From Octopus vulgaris (Eukaryota): a stretch of 64,000 nucleotides of DNA. The notes under the pieces are model-generated. The model was not told the origin of the DNA, made no database searches, and saw nothing but the letters and a program-made list of their open reading frames with translations. This document shows, one piece after another, positions 30,001 through 43,956 of this stretch (position 1 is its first letter; each line of letters begins with the position of its first letter). Position numbers and translations under genes: made by a program. The DNA is taken from contig OX597827.1 in NCBI GenBank assembly GCA_951406725.2, positions 64,480,001 through 64,544,000 of the forward strand. The letters are read 5' to 3'.

Positions 30001-30487
30001 TATATGTATATACACACACATATATATACATATACACGCACACACACACACACACACATACATGCATATACATACATGTATATGTCTATGTGTTTGCGGC
30101 CTTGTGTTTCTGTCTCTTCCTCATCAGTTCTTGGAAACGGTGTTAGTTTGCTTACATCCCCCGTAACTTTACGGTTTTGCGAGCGAGACCGAAGCAATAA
30201 ACCCCAGGGTTTAAAAAAAAAATTTACTGGAGTCGATTCGTTCGACGAAAACATCCAGTGGCTTTCACGTAATACAAATAACTTGATATATTGCGTGTCG
30301 CACTTGTTGCTACATATTTGTCCAATCAACATTCCGAACGCCAGGCTACCCTTCCTCATCCCGTGATCCAATTTGTCATCGTATCTACCATCGCTGCTGA
30401 TTGTATTACTCAGGTAAATAACGTCGTTTGCTTCTACTAGTTTCTATCCTTCAATGACGATGAATTCAACTGAAGATATATACATAT

Positions 30488-30663
30488 AGGCGCAGGAGTG
30501 GCTGTGTGGTAAGTAGTTTGCTTACCAACCATATGGTTCCGGGTTCATTTCCACTGCACAGCACCTTGGGCAAGTGTCTTCAACTTTAGCCTCTGGCCGA
30601 CCAAAGCCTTGTGAGTGGATTTGGTAGACGGAAACTGAAAGAATCCAGTCGTATGTATGTATG

Positions 30664-30734
<71 letters not shown>

Positions 30735-31038
30735 GAGGGCATTATTATACATACATGCCACACGCTAAGAGGGACAAAATTAGTCATTTCTACCAAAAAT
30801 TTTACTAATCCCACCGAATGCAATTTTCGGTGGGATTAGTAAAATTTTTGGTAGAAATGACTAATTTTGTCCCTCTTAGCGTGTGGCATATATGTATAAT
30901 AATGCCCTCTATATATAAATTTAATATGTTCAATGAGAAAGAATTATTTTCGAAATTTTTTCTCTTATGAGGTTTTTCACGCTATCTACCCGATAATTTC
31001 TTGTTAAGTTTTCCTTATTAAGAAGTTGTCCTTAATTG

Positions 31039-31087
<49 letters not shown>

Positions 31088-31300
31088 TGTGTGTGTCTGT
31101 GTTTGTCCCCCGAACATCACTTGACAACTGATGGTGGCGTGTTTAGATCCCCGTAATTTTGCGGTTCGGCAAAAGAGGCCGATAGAATAAGTACTAGACT
31201 TACAAAGAATAAGTCCTGGGGTCGATTTTCGCGACTAAAAGACTGTGCTTCAGCATGGCCGCAGGCAAATGACTGAAACGAGTAAAAGAGTAAAAGAGAG
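30488..31300 (+). mobile_element. SINE family A split by a hairpin-headed insertion
   Basis: 5' half at 30488-30655, 3' half at 31090-31300. Confidence 0.85.
30726..31040 (+). mobile_element. Hairpin-headed (TA)n-inserted repeat, copy 2 (arms ~93 bp)
   Basis: 30726-30818 is the reverse complement of 30826-30918 (one mismatch seen); 7-nt loop; ~120-bp tail. Confidence 0.8.
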
Positions 31301-31511
31301 AGTAGAGTACATGGATAATATTTGAAGCTAATCTGTTTAAAGTGTCGCAGCACTAAGCTAAGACTAAAACTACGACAAAGGTTATGACCCAGGACAAGAC
31401 CTAGACCGAGACCTAGACCACTGTATGTTAGTGTGCGAAGAGAACTGCTGTATGTTAATATTCGTGTCCTTGTCGTCCTTTCGTCTTGTCGATAGCGTAG
31501 GAGAGAGAAGT

Positions 31512-31605
31512 AGAACCTGATGGATGCTTTGGCAGCGCAGTCACAAATGTTGGCATGAATTTTTACATCCGGAAAAGCTGAAGTTCTCTACCAGCCAAGT
31601 CCTGA
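31512..31605 (+). pseudogene. Possible old RTE-clade RT fragment
   Basis: LMDALAAQSQM/GMNFYIRK/AEVLYQPSP across frameshifts resembles the RTE segment after the YADD motif. Confidence 0.35.
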
Positions 31606-32394
31606 CGTGAGCCAATTGGCACATACTGTAAAATTTTCACGTAACTAAAAACAAAACAAAACCGAAAATAAGAAAAGAAAAGAAAAAAAAAAGAAAAGTT
31701 AAATTAAACTAAAACAGGAACAAAAAAATAAAAAGGAAAAGCAGAAAACGCTGCTTGCAAACAAATTGATTTATGATTTTAACCATAAACTCAAAAAGCC
31801 AAGAACGGTGCACAACAGATAAAAGAGATAAATAGTCAAACCACGGAGTTTGTGCTTCGTCTAAAGTTAGATTGATTCCTGTAAGTTAAGTTTATCGAAA
31901 TGTCAGCGTAAATTGTTTTTCTCCTTGTCAATAAGATGTACAGGAAAGAAACTCTCTCACACTGCCACACACGTATACACACGAAAACAATGCACATCAC
32001 ACACACTCACACACAAACATTCATATAGAGACAAAACACAGAGGCACAACATACACAACAATTCATACTTACGTTATTTTTCATTATTTTAATTCTTTTT
32101 ATATCATAAATTTTGGAAAAAAAAAAAAATGTCATTAGCTACAAATTTCTAAAGGACAAATCATTGATCCGCTGTACTGTTTGGTTGTGAAGCTAACAAG
32201 GGAGTGCTTGCAACTCGCAGCAGAATCAATATCGCAAAAGAATAAGGAATTGGGAGAAATATCTCAGAATGACCTGTGGCATGTATTTGAACAAAGAAGA
32301 CAAAGCGAGAGGCATATTAAATAACATACACAGTTTGTGGCGTGAGTATATGTAAATATATGTAAATAAGGATATACATACATACATACATACA

Positions 32395-32424
<30 letters not shown>

Positions 32425-32427
<3 letters not shown>

Positions 32428-32612
32428 CAGGTTGGTGCATAATTATTGCGGCTTAATTTTATTCAACAAAAATTTTTAACAAAACGCCAAGCAGAAAAGT
32501 GAAGTAGATGGTGAATATGCTTCGGAATAATCATATAAAGATGTTTTTGTTAAATGTTTTTATTGTTTTTGTTGAATAAAATTTATTGAAAAAAAGCCGC
32601 AATAATTACACA
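32425..32612. mobile_element. Mariner-derived MITE (MADE1/Hsmar1-like TIR)
   Basis: TATCAGGTTGGTGCATAATTATTGCGGCTT on the left; AAGCCGCAATAATTACAC on the right, truncated by (AC)n. Confidence 0.7.
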
Positions 32613-32625
32613 CACACGCACACAC

Positions 32626-32713
<88 letters not shown>

Positions 32714-32862
32714 GTGACTGTATGGTAAGAAGCTTGCTTCTCAACCACAAGGTTCCGATTTCAGTCCCTCTGCATGGCACCTTGAGAAAGTGTCTTCTAC
32801 TATAGCCTCGGGCCGACCAAAGCCTTGTGAGTGGATCTGGTAGACAGAAACTGAAAGAAGCC

Positions 32863-32908
<46 letters not shown>

Positions 32909-33169
32909 TATATATATATATTTCTTTGTGTCTAACTAGTCAGCTGATGACTCTATTTTTTATTTTCTTTTATAAAAATGTTTTTCCAGTTCCTACGTCC
33001 TTTGTGGTGTCCTATGTTATTTATTTATATATGCATGTATACGTACATGTAGATGTCCTGTACGTTCATATATGTTTGTATGTATGCATATATGTTAATT
33101 AGGTACATTATTGTACATGCCTATGTCGGGTTATTTTCGATATCGTTTTCGTTCCATCTTTATTTATTA

Positions 33170-33204
<35 letters not shown>

Positions 33205-33431
33205 TTTGACAATCCCGGAGCGCATTGAACTTATGTTGTGCGTGAATTTTGGCCCTCCCTATATATGTATGTGTGTGCTTGCATGTGTATATATATGTCT
33301 CGTACTCGAACACATTTGTGACGGGTTTCTACATTGATACCATCTATCAGATTCCATTTTATAAGTATTGGTCAAACGAAAGGGTGTTGTAAATGATATT
33401 TGCCCAAAGTATCGTGCTGTAATATCGAACC

Positions 33432-33664
33432 TATTTCTTTATTACCCACAAGGGGCTAAACACAGAGGGGACAAACAAGGACAGACATAGGTATTAAGTC
33501 CGATTACATCGACCCCAGTGCGTAACTGGTACTTAATTTATCGACCCCGAAAGGATGAAAGGCAAAGTCGACCTCGGCGGAATTTGAACTCACAACGTAA
33601 CGCAGACGAAATACCGCTAAGCATTTCGCCCGGCGTGCTAACGTTTCTGCCAGCTCGCCGCCTT
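33432..33664 (-). mobile_element. Young full-length SINE family B (tail a)
   Basis: Perfect 18-bp TSD GTGCTGTAATATCGAACC at 33414-33431 and 33665-33682. Confidence 0.95.
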
Positions 33665-34159
33665 GTGCTGTAATATCGAACCGCTAACTTGATGACTGCA
33701 AAGAGAATTTATAAACCACACATCTTTATCTGTATTTGTGCATAGATACATAGGTATTTAAATAAGAATAATGTAAGCGTATGTCATACATTTTTACATG
33801 CACACAAATATACGTGCAAGCACACATACAATGCTATATATATATATATATATACAGTAAGATATCTGATATCCACAAGCTCTATTGCTGCTGCTGCTGC
33901 TGCTGCTGCTGCTCACAGCTTACGTTCAATTACAAGATATTTGCATGTTTCAGCGTATTACAAATAGCACAGTGACAGGAGTTTTAAAGTGAAATCATAT
34001 CAAAATTTCCTTTGAAGTGACATGCGATAATAGTTATTAACTGTATGACTTTATTCTCCATAACAACACTCTGCATATCAAATACTAAATCAAAGAACAT
34101 AGTAAGGATACTATGGTGGTAGGAGAATAAACCTAACCAACATTCTAGCAACGTTCCTG

Positions 34160-34240
<81 letters not shown>

Positions 34241-34764
34241 GTAGATCCATACATATACGCATGCATCTATACTATAATAAAGAAAGCTGCTCATTAATTA
34301 GTAGTAATTATGTACTCTTTACTGAAAGTAAGCAACTATTAAAGTCCCTACTCTCTAGAAAATTCTTATAATTTTCAATTTTTATATATAATTATAATCA
34401 AACCGTATTTTTCAAGACACTTGTATTATTGAGGGTTTCATCTCCGCGCTGATCAGAAAACATAATTCTGTTTTTCTGTGACATACATTTTTTACGTTTT
34501 ACATTTGTAATTTTTGTTATTTTCTTTCGTTGCTCTCTGGCAACTTTTTCTTTCATTCACACACATTCTCCCTCTCTCTCTCTTCTCCATCTCTCTCTCT
34601 CTCTCATCTTTCCAACTCTTATTTGTTTATATATTTCCTATAATTAATTCCTTTGCTGAAATCTCCACAGTTCGTGTTCATATAATGAACAGACGCAAAG
34701 AATATCACTTTCCATCTGTGTACATCTGTAGTCGTGTTTTTATCTAGGTTACTAATATTAAAAT

Positions 34765-34880
<116 letters not shown>

Positions 34881-34912
34881 GTATATGTATGTGTATATAT
34901 ATATATATATCG

Positions 34913-35312
34913 TTTACACTCTTTTACTTGTTTCAGTCATTTCACTGTGGCCATGCTGGAGCACCGCTTTTAGTCGAGCACATCGACCCCAGGACTTATT
35001 CTTTGTAAGCCTAGTACATATTCTATCGGTCTCTTTTGCCGAACCGCTAAGTTACAGGGACGTAAACACTCCAGCATCAGTTGTCAAGCGATGTTGGAGG
35101 GACAAACACAAACACACAAACATATACACGCACATACATATATATTTATATACATATACATACTTTCAGTTTCCGTCTACCAAATCCCCTCACAAGGCTT
35201 TGGTCGGCTCGAAGCTATAGTAGAAGACACTTGCACAAGGTGCCACGCAGTGGGACTGAACCCGGAACCATGTAGTTCGTAAGCAAGCTACTTACCACAC
35301 AGTCACTCCTAC
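34913..35312 (-). mobile_element. SINE family A, full length
   Basis: Reverse complement of the 10801 copy. Confidence 0.9.
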
Positions 35313-35313
35313 A

Positions 35314-35384
<71 letters not shown>

Positions 35385-35391
35385 ATGTATG

Positions 35392-35501
<110 letters not shown>

Positions 35502-35531
35502 GAGAGAGAGAGAGAGAGTGAGAGAGAGAGT

Positions 35532-35586
<55 letters not shown>

Positions 35587-36114
35587 ATAGGTGGACAGAA
35601 AAGAAATAATTTAGTAATCACATGTATTAGAACCAACAATAAGTTATTCAATATATCTTTTTTTGCAGTGCATCCACCCTTACATTTTTTATGGTTGCCT
35701 CTAAAAAGCACACCGAGCAACACAGTTTCTGAGTCTGCAATCATTTTTTTAAAGATAAAAATGTGTTTTTTTTTAATAACAAACTAGCGATCGTAATATA
35801 TTCTGTATTCAAATTATGCAAAACAAAATATATTGATATACATACACTTTAGATGCAACCGAAATATATTTATATACAAAACAAAATATATTCATACACA
35901 GTTATTAAACAAAAACTATGCTTGTATATGGCGTAGCTGTGACTGTGTGGTAAGAAACATTTTTCGCAACCACACGGTTTCAGGTTCAGTCCCACTGCAT
36001 GGCACCTTGGGCAAGTGTCTTTTACTATAGCCTCGGACCGATCAAAGCCCTGTGAGAGGATGTGGTAGACGGGGTCTGAAAGAAGCTGTCGTATGCATGC
36101 ATTTATGTATATAT

Positions 36115-36468
36115 GCCATTTTTCTGTTTTATTTCAAGATTTCTTACAAATAGAGAAATAACCAATTTCTAACCAAGATTCAAGTCTCCTTCATTGGAAT
36201 TTCAACAACATCCACAGGATATGTATGTATGTATGTATGTATACGTGCAGATTTGTATGTTATATTTTATGAATGTATTCACATGCATATACATGCATAT
36301 CTAGACTTGCTCGATTATACTTAAATGATAAACTTCTGGAAAGTTTTACAGGTTTTTACAGTTCCAGTGATAGCTTGGATCTATAGTCTTTGAATCAGCT
36401 TCCTTCTTTCTGGTTTTGAGAAGCCGTTTCTCAAGATTGGTATTTTGGCAGTGTGTTACAGATTCCAG
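36115..36468 (-). mobile_element. RLE-family 3' end adjacent to (TATG)n
   Basis: Homologous to 39025-39420. Confidence 0.8.
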
Positions 36469-37458
36469 TGTATGTATGTACGTACGTATGTATGTATGTA
36501 CGTACGTACGTATGTATGTATGTATGTATGTATGTATGTATGTATGTATGTATGTATGTATGTATGTATGTATGTATGTATGTATGCATGTATGTATGCA
36601 TGTGTGTATGCATGCATGTATGTATGCATGCATGTATGTGTGTGTGTATGTATGCATGCATGTATGTGTGTGTGTATGTATGTATGCATGTATGTGTGTG
36701 TGTATGTATGCATGTATGTATGTATGTATGTATGTATACATGTATGTATGCATGTATGTATGTGTGTGTGTGTATGCATCCATGAATGTATGCATATATG
36801 TATGTGTTGTGTATGTATGTATGCATGTATGTACGTATGTGTATGTATGTGTGCGTATGTTTGTATGTATGTATGCATGCATGTATGTGTGTGTGTATGT
36901 ATGTATGCATGCATGTATGCATGCATATATGTATGTGTGTGTGTGTGTGTATGTATGTATGTAAGTATGTATGTATGTATGCATGTATGTATGTGTATGT
37001 ATGTATGTATGAGTGCATATCTTTGTGTCTATGTTTCTTCCCAACCAACAGCCAGTGTAGTTTTTCTTACATTCCTGTAACTTAGGGGAAATTGCTGGCC
37101 TTGTGCCAAAAATTGAAACCTATGGATTGTACATGGCTAACACCTATCTAGTAAAAGGAAGCAATGTTACAGAAGTACCGATGACAATTCAAAACCAATA
37201 ACCCAAACATGATTTTTTATTGAACTCCTAATACATTTTGTTTAATATTTTCTCAGATATTTCTTTGTAAACTGTTTTTAACATTTTCTTATTATTATCA
37301 AAGAATATATATAAGTATTCTAATACTTTTGTGACAACCAGTACTTAACACAACAAAGCTTATACAAAGCTTTACATTTTAGTATTGACTATCTTTTTAT
37401 AAAAAAGTGAAACCGGTCAAGTGAATAAACATCTTTAAAATTGCATTTTCAAACCTCC

Positions 37459-37650
<192 letters not shown>

Positions 37651-37721
37651 CTCAAGCGCAGAATAATGGATGAACAACGTGAATAAGATAATATCCTTAT
37701 GTTACAGAAAAATTTGGCAGC

Positions 37722-37794
37722 GGCCAGCCATGAGACACGAACTCACATCTCTGTGATTACCGGTCAAGTGATTTACCTTTAAGTTAAACTGTCC
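37722..37794 (-). pseudogene. Degenerate tRNA-like cloverleaf (anticodon loop CCGGTAA)
   Basis: 73 nt; acceptor stem GACAGTT/GGCTGGC; intact T arm GTGAG-TTCGTGT-CTCAT; D and anticodon stems mismatched. Confidence 0.55.
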
Positions 37795-37821
37795 AGTGAA
37801 AAATTTTCTGTAATATATGTA

Positions 37822-37931
<110 letters not shown>

Positions 37932-38110
37932 GTACATGTATACGTAGGTATTAATGTATAAATACACTTGTAATCTTAGTCAATTATAAAAGTTGCTTTG
38001 CTGTTCAGCTGTCAGTGACAGCTAGGTACACCCCCACTTCTTTCAGACACACGCAGACTCAACATACATGCATACATACATAGCTATACTTACAAACAAA
38101 TAGATACACA

Positions 38111-38201
<91 letters not shown>

Positions 38202-38721
38202 AACTTTGTGTGTGTGTGTAAGGATGTGTAGGGGTGTATGTGTATATAAGTGTGTTTGTGCGTGTGTATGTATGTATATATGAGCTAGGTATGCACGTAT
38301 GCCTGTGCGACCGTGAGTGTGTGTATGTGCGCGCGCGATGTATGTATGTTTGTTTGTGTGTGTGTGTGTGCGTGTGTGTGTATGTGTGTGTGTGTGTGTG
38401 ATTATATTACAATCGATTTGTTTAACAGAAACACCCAAAGACATAATGTTCTGAAAAATATCCACAAGAATCAAAATAAGATTCTAAGGTTTGTTTGATA
38501 ATTATTTTTCGAGGGTTATTCTCTCACTCAGCAATATCGTGTTGGGTATTGTTAGTGTTGTTGTTGCTGTTGCTCTATTTCTAACATCGTTATCTATGTT
38601 TTTATATCCCTATCCCTAACCCTAAAAATGGTGGCTGCCAAACTAGAAATAACAATGCAAATTGTATTTTCATAACTACAAATTAGTTGATGATTTTGTA
38701 AATGCCGAAAACAATGCATGC

Positions 38722-38752
<31 letters not shown>

Positions 38753-38782
38753 CATACATACATACATACATACATACATAGA

Positions 38783-39420
38783 ACATACACACATACATAC
38801 ATAGTGAAGACCTGAATAAAATGTAAGCACAACAGACTTGATATAATGATTTGGGATAAAGAAGAGAAACTGTGCACAGTTGTGGAAATTAGCTGTCCAC
38901 CGGATGTTAACATAAAGCTGAAGATCAGTGAAAAAGAACACCTATACTGAACTATTGAGAAATCTGTAGTTACTCTATCCAGATTACAAGTTCAGGTTTA
39001 TACCTGTAATTATTGGGGTCCTGGGATATGTAACACACTGTCTAAATAACAATCTTGAGAAATTAGGCTTCTCAAAACCAGAAAGGAAGAAGTTAATTCG
39101 ATGACTACAGACCCAACCCATCACTGGAACTGTAAAAATCTGTAAAACTTTTCAGAAGTTTATCATTTGAATATATATGAAGATGTCTAGATATGCAACT
39201 ATATGCATGTGGATACATACATAAAGCAAAACATACAAATCTGCACATATACATGCATCCATGCATGCATACATACATACATACATGAATACATACATAC
39301 ATATATACAAACAAAAATGCCTTGCTGTTGATGTTGAAATTCCAATGAAGGATCCTTGAATCTAGGTTAGAAACCGGCTTTCTCTATTGGCGAGAAATTT
39401 TGAAATAAACTGAACAATCA
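38783..39420 (+). mobile_element. R4/Dong-type RLE retrotransposon, 5'-truncated, flanked by (ACAT)n
   Basis: KCKHNRLDIMIWDKEEKLCTVVEISCP..YKFRFIPVIIGVLG; 3' end AAACTGAACAATC followed by (ACAT)n. Confidence 0.9.
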
Positions 39421-39431
39421 CATACATACAT

Positions 39432-39641
39432 ACATGTGACCACGTGTGTATCGTTGGCGATTTTCTTTCTCCGTCTTCCCTTCCTTGGACCATTCCTTTT
39501 TCTATATTTCTGACGAAGAGCTCCGCTCGAAACGTTAAATCCTCCTTCTTTCCTTTCCTTTCATGAGCGTCCAATAACACCATACTTGTTCCACGTCCTC
39601 ACGTTGTTGTTTTCTCTTTGTCTTTTCATGTTTGGATTAAC

Positions 39642-39643
<2 letters not shown>
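39432..39643 (+). mobile_element. Penelope pLTR-like repeat with minimal hammerhead (39507-39539)
   Basis: TTT-CTGACGA-A-GAGC-TCC-GCTC-GAAACGTT-AAA. Confidence 0.7.
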
Positions 39644-39673
<30 letters not shown>

Positions 39674-40072
39674 CATACATACATACATACATACATACAT
39701 ACATACATACATACATGCATACATACATGCATGCATACATACATGCATACATACATACATACACGCATACATGCATACATACATGCATACATGCATACAT
39801 GCATACATACATGCATACATACATACATACATACATACATACATACATACATGCATACATACATGCATACATACATGCATACATACATACATGCATACAT
39901 ACATACATACATACATACATACATACATACATGCATACATACATGCATACATACATACATACATACATGCATACATGCATACATACATGCATACATACAT
40001 ACATACATACATACATACATACATACATACATACATACATACATACATACATACATACGTACATACATACAT
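39644..40072. repeat. (ACAT/GCAT)n microsatellite
   Basis: Directly visible. Confidence 0.95.
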
Positions 40073-40571
40073 AGACCTTCTTAAGATTTAAATGATGATG
40101 AACAAAGGAAAATACTTTTCTTTACAACTTTGCCATAAAGTAGGTGACCAGTGAAAATTTACTCTAAATTAAAAGGAGAAAGACAGGCACATGCATGCAT
40201 TCATACATGCATATGTACGTGCGTACATACATAGACACCAACCCGTCTGGAGCAAAGTATGACTGAAAATGATAAGTACTAAGGTCGATTCATTCGACCA
40301 AAATTTCTTCAGGGCAGTGCCCCAGCATGGACGCTGACTAATGAGTGAAGCAAGTAAAAGATAGAATATATATATTTAGCTATAAAAGTACATAAGCAAC
40401 AGAAGGACTGAGATTTTCGTGCAATGCCCTCATCAAACTGTAAATCTGATAAGCGGTTTGAGTTACTTATGCTCTTTTATAGCTAAATGTAAACATGTAC
40501 TATTTAATATTTCAGCGTATTTAGCTCTATTTCTCCTTTTTGCACCACCACACCTACCCCGACACACACAC

Positions 40572-40622
<51 letters not shown>

Positions 40623-40715
40623 GAAGAGAGAGAGATCACCATGGTTATACAGGAGTAGGATATAGCGCGTGATGGTTGTAAAGGTGGCATTAAAAAAATA
40701 AACAAACACATTTCG

Positions 40716-41003
40716 CAATAACAATTGCAAGAAATTGATAATATCTGGGTGCAGATAAAATACTGCAAAAATACATTGAAAATATCGCATTAAAACCATA
40801 GATTCAAATAATTGAAAAAAATGGAGAATAAATATTAAAAATTAGAATTATTGCGTAAAATTATTTTTATACCATTATTTTATTTTTCAATATCTTTCAA
40901 ATATTTCGATTATTTTATTGCGGAGGTTTAATATTTTAAAAAATATATTATTACTATATTTTATCTGCACTAAGATATTAGCAATTTCCCACAATTATTA
41001 TTG
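40716..41003. mobile_element. Old AT-rich foldback/MITE
   Basis: CAATAACAATTGCAAGAAATTGATAATATCTGGGTGCAGATAAAATA (40716-40762) matches the reverse complement of 40957-41003. Confidence 0.65.
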
Positions 41004-41156
41004 TAATCTGGCGTTGTTTTTCAACTTTGTCTCCGCTATGTTTTATAAATATTTCCATCCTTCCATCATCAGGCTGCTATAGCTATAACGATCTCCAGCG
41101 ATATTTCTAAGTTATTCACCTTTGCCTATGAATAAGTTTCTATATTTCATTTAAGC

Positions 41157-41985
41157 GTAAGGTAGCAAACTGGCAGAATCGTTTGCACGCCGGGCGAAAT
41201 GCTGAGCAGTATTTCGTCTGCTGCAACATTCTGAGTTCAAATTCCACCGAGGTCGACTTTGACTTTCAACCTTTCGAGGTCGATAAATTAAGTACCAGTT
41301 ACGCACTGGTGTCGATATAATCGACTCAGTCCGTTTGTCTGTCCTTGTTTGTCCTCTCTGTGTTAAGCTCCTTGTGGGTAGTAAAGAAATAGGTATTTCG
41401 TCCGTCTTCACGTCCTGAGTTCAAATTTCACCGAGGTCGACTTTGCCTTTCATCCTTTCGGGGTCGATTAAATAAGTACCAGTTACGCACTGGAGTCGAT
41501 ATAATCGACTTAATCCGTTTGTCTGTCCTTGATCGTCCCCTCTGTGTTTAGCCCCTTGTGAGTAGTAAAGACATAGGTATTTCGTCCGTCTTCACGTTCT
41601 GAATTCAAATTCCACCGAGGTCGAATTTGCTTTTCATCCTTTCGAGGTTGATAAAATAAGTACCAATTAAACACTAGAGTCGATGTAATCGCCTTAACCC
41701 TTCCCTTCGAAATTGCTGGCCTTGTGCCAAACTTTGAAATCATTATATCAATAAAACGTATGGCATTGAGCTGGCAGAACAGTTAGCACGCCGAACAAAA
41801 CACTTAGCGGCATTTCGTCCGTCTTCACGCTCTTAGTTCAAATTCCACCGAAATCGACTTTACCACTCATAATTTCAGAGTCGTTGAAATAAGCAAGCAC
41901 CAGTTGAGCACTGAGGGTGGTGCCTATGTAATTGACTACCCACACCCCTCAAATTTGCTTGCCTTTTACCAAAATAAGAAAAGTT
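41157..41985 (+). mobile_element. Concatemer/nest of four SINE-B units
   Basis: Repeated core; junctions GAAATA/GGTATTTCG at about 41391 and 41575. Confidence 0.9.
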
Positions 41986-42160
41986 TATTTCAGATAATCT
42001 ACTTGTGCCAATCTTATGTTCGCGTCAATTATTTAACCAATAAGTCATACCTATATACATACAACAGCGGTAAACCAATGAAGTTCATGGTATGACGTCT
42101 TATTACCCTTGTCATTTTAATTACCTATATATATATAGGTAATTAAAATGACAAGGGAAC

Positions 42161-42164
<4 letters not shown>

Positions 42165-42228
<64 letters not shown>

Positions 42229-42735
42229 GCACACACACATGCGCACACGCACGCGCACGCGCACACGCACGCGCACGCGCACACGCACGCGCACGCGCAC
42301 ACGCACGCGCACGCGCACACGCACGCGCACGCGCACACGCACGCGCACACGCACGCGCACACGCACGCGCACACGCACGCGCACATATGCACAGGAATGC
42401 ACACACCTAACAAGCACAATCCTAGGCACACACATACACACACCTACACACACACACACGCACACATATGCATAGGCACATATACACGCACACACAACTA
42501 CACTCACACACACAAACACACGCGCACACACATACTCGCACGCGCATACACGCATGCGCATAAACGCATGCGCATACACGCACGCGCATACACGCACGCG
42601 CATACACGCACGCATATACACACTCAAAAACGCACATATACCTGCACAAAAGCCTGCGTTCAGGCACACACACATACACACGCACACACACTACACACAC
42701 ACATACAGACCTGCGCGCACGCACATACACACACA
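42165..42735. repeat. Alternating purine-pyrimidine tract: (AT)n then (GCACGCGCACAC)-type repeats
   Basis: Directly visible. Confidence 0.9.
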
Positions 42736-42744
42736 TACCTCCTT

Positions 42745-42997
42745 CTCTTACACTCTCCTGTCTTAGAACGATCTTTTTCTTCACCCATTCCCTTCCGGTC
42801 ACTTCAAAATGTAACCACATGTGAATCGTTCGCGATTTTCTTTGTCCGTCTTCCTTTCTATTGGACTTTCCTCTTTTTCTGAAGAAGAGCGTCTGCTCGA
42901 AACGTTAAACCATCTTTCTTTTCTTTCCTGAGTGTCTGCTAATACATTACATGTACCACGTCCTTGTGTTGTTTTTTGTGTTTGTCTTTTTGGGATT

Positions 42998-43000
<3 letters not shown>
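42745..43000 (+). mobile_element. Penelope pLTR-like repeat with minimal hammerhead (42876-42909)
   Basis: TTT-CTGAAGA-A-GAGC-GTCT-GCTC-GAAACGTT-AAA; ends in (TA)n; an inverted second 3' end lies at 43092-43148. Confidence 0.7.
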
Positions 43001-43090
<90 letters not shown>

Positions 43091-43753
43091 TATAGTAAAT
43101 CCCCAAAACACAAAATCAACGCGAGGACGTGGTACATGTAATGTATTAATAGAGCTGTGGACATATCTAAGTTTATCTAAGTTTATGTTTGAATTCAGGC
43201 ACACGGTCTGAAATTTTGACCAAAAAGACAGCAAAAGGTTGTTTATAGTCTAAAATCGTAACAAACAGCGTTCTTTTCAATTCAAATTCCAAACGATAAT
43301 TACAATAGTTTTTGATAAATTCCCATGACGTGACATATGCCATTTTCCTTCTCATACCGTTTCCCATCTAGTAAAATAGTTTACTGTTATGTTTTTCCTT
43401 TTGTGGCTGAAGCTATTATTTATTGTCTCGGCAGATATTGCTACCAAAACCGGACAAGAAATGGTTAATATGGCGTTTTTTGTAAATGGATCAAGTAAAA
43501 AGATAAAATAAAATAGATATAACAAAACAAAAAACAACGTCAGGCATTTAAGATAATGCAATATTTCAGAAATTTTGAAAAATAAAAAAAATAAAGGTCT
43601 TTGTAATAACATATTTAACAGTAACGAAATAACATTAGCAATTATCTTGAAATACGTACAAAATAATTTCAGAATAATGACCACCACAAACGAAATTTAA
43701 AGCAGACAACTGGAATGTGAATAACAGCATCAACAACAGCCATGATAATAATG

Positions 43754-43829
<76 letters not shown>

Positions 43830-43858
43830 TAATAATAATAATAATAATGATGATGATG

Positions 43859-43955
<97 letters not shown>

Positions 43956-43956
<1 letters not shown>

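Noticed and set aside
32930-33070. CAGCTGATGA at 32941-32950 in a fragment resembling the 1871-2871 family
   Set aside because: The 5' part is replaced by (TA)n, so the other two HHR strands are absent; nothing can be called.
41157-41985. Repeat-spacer-like periodicity, considered as CRISPR
   Set aside because: The units are ~185-bp SINE bodies, not short repeats with unique spacers, and there are no cas genes.
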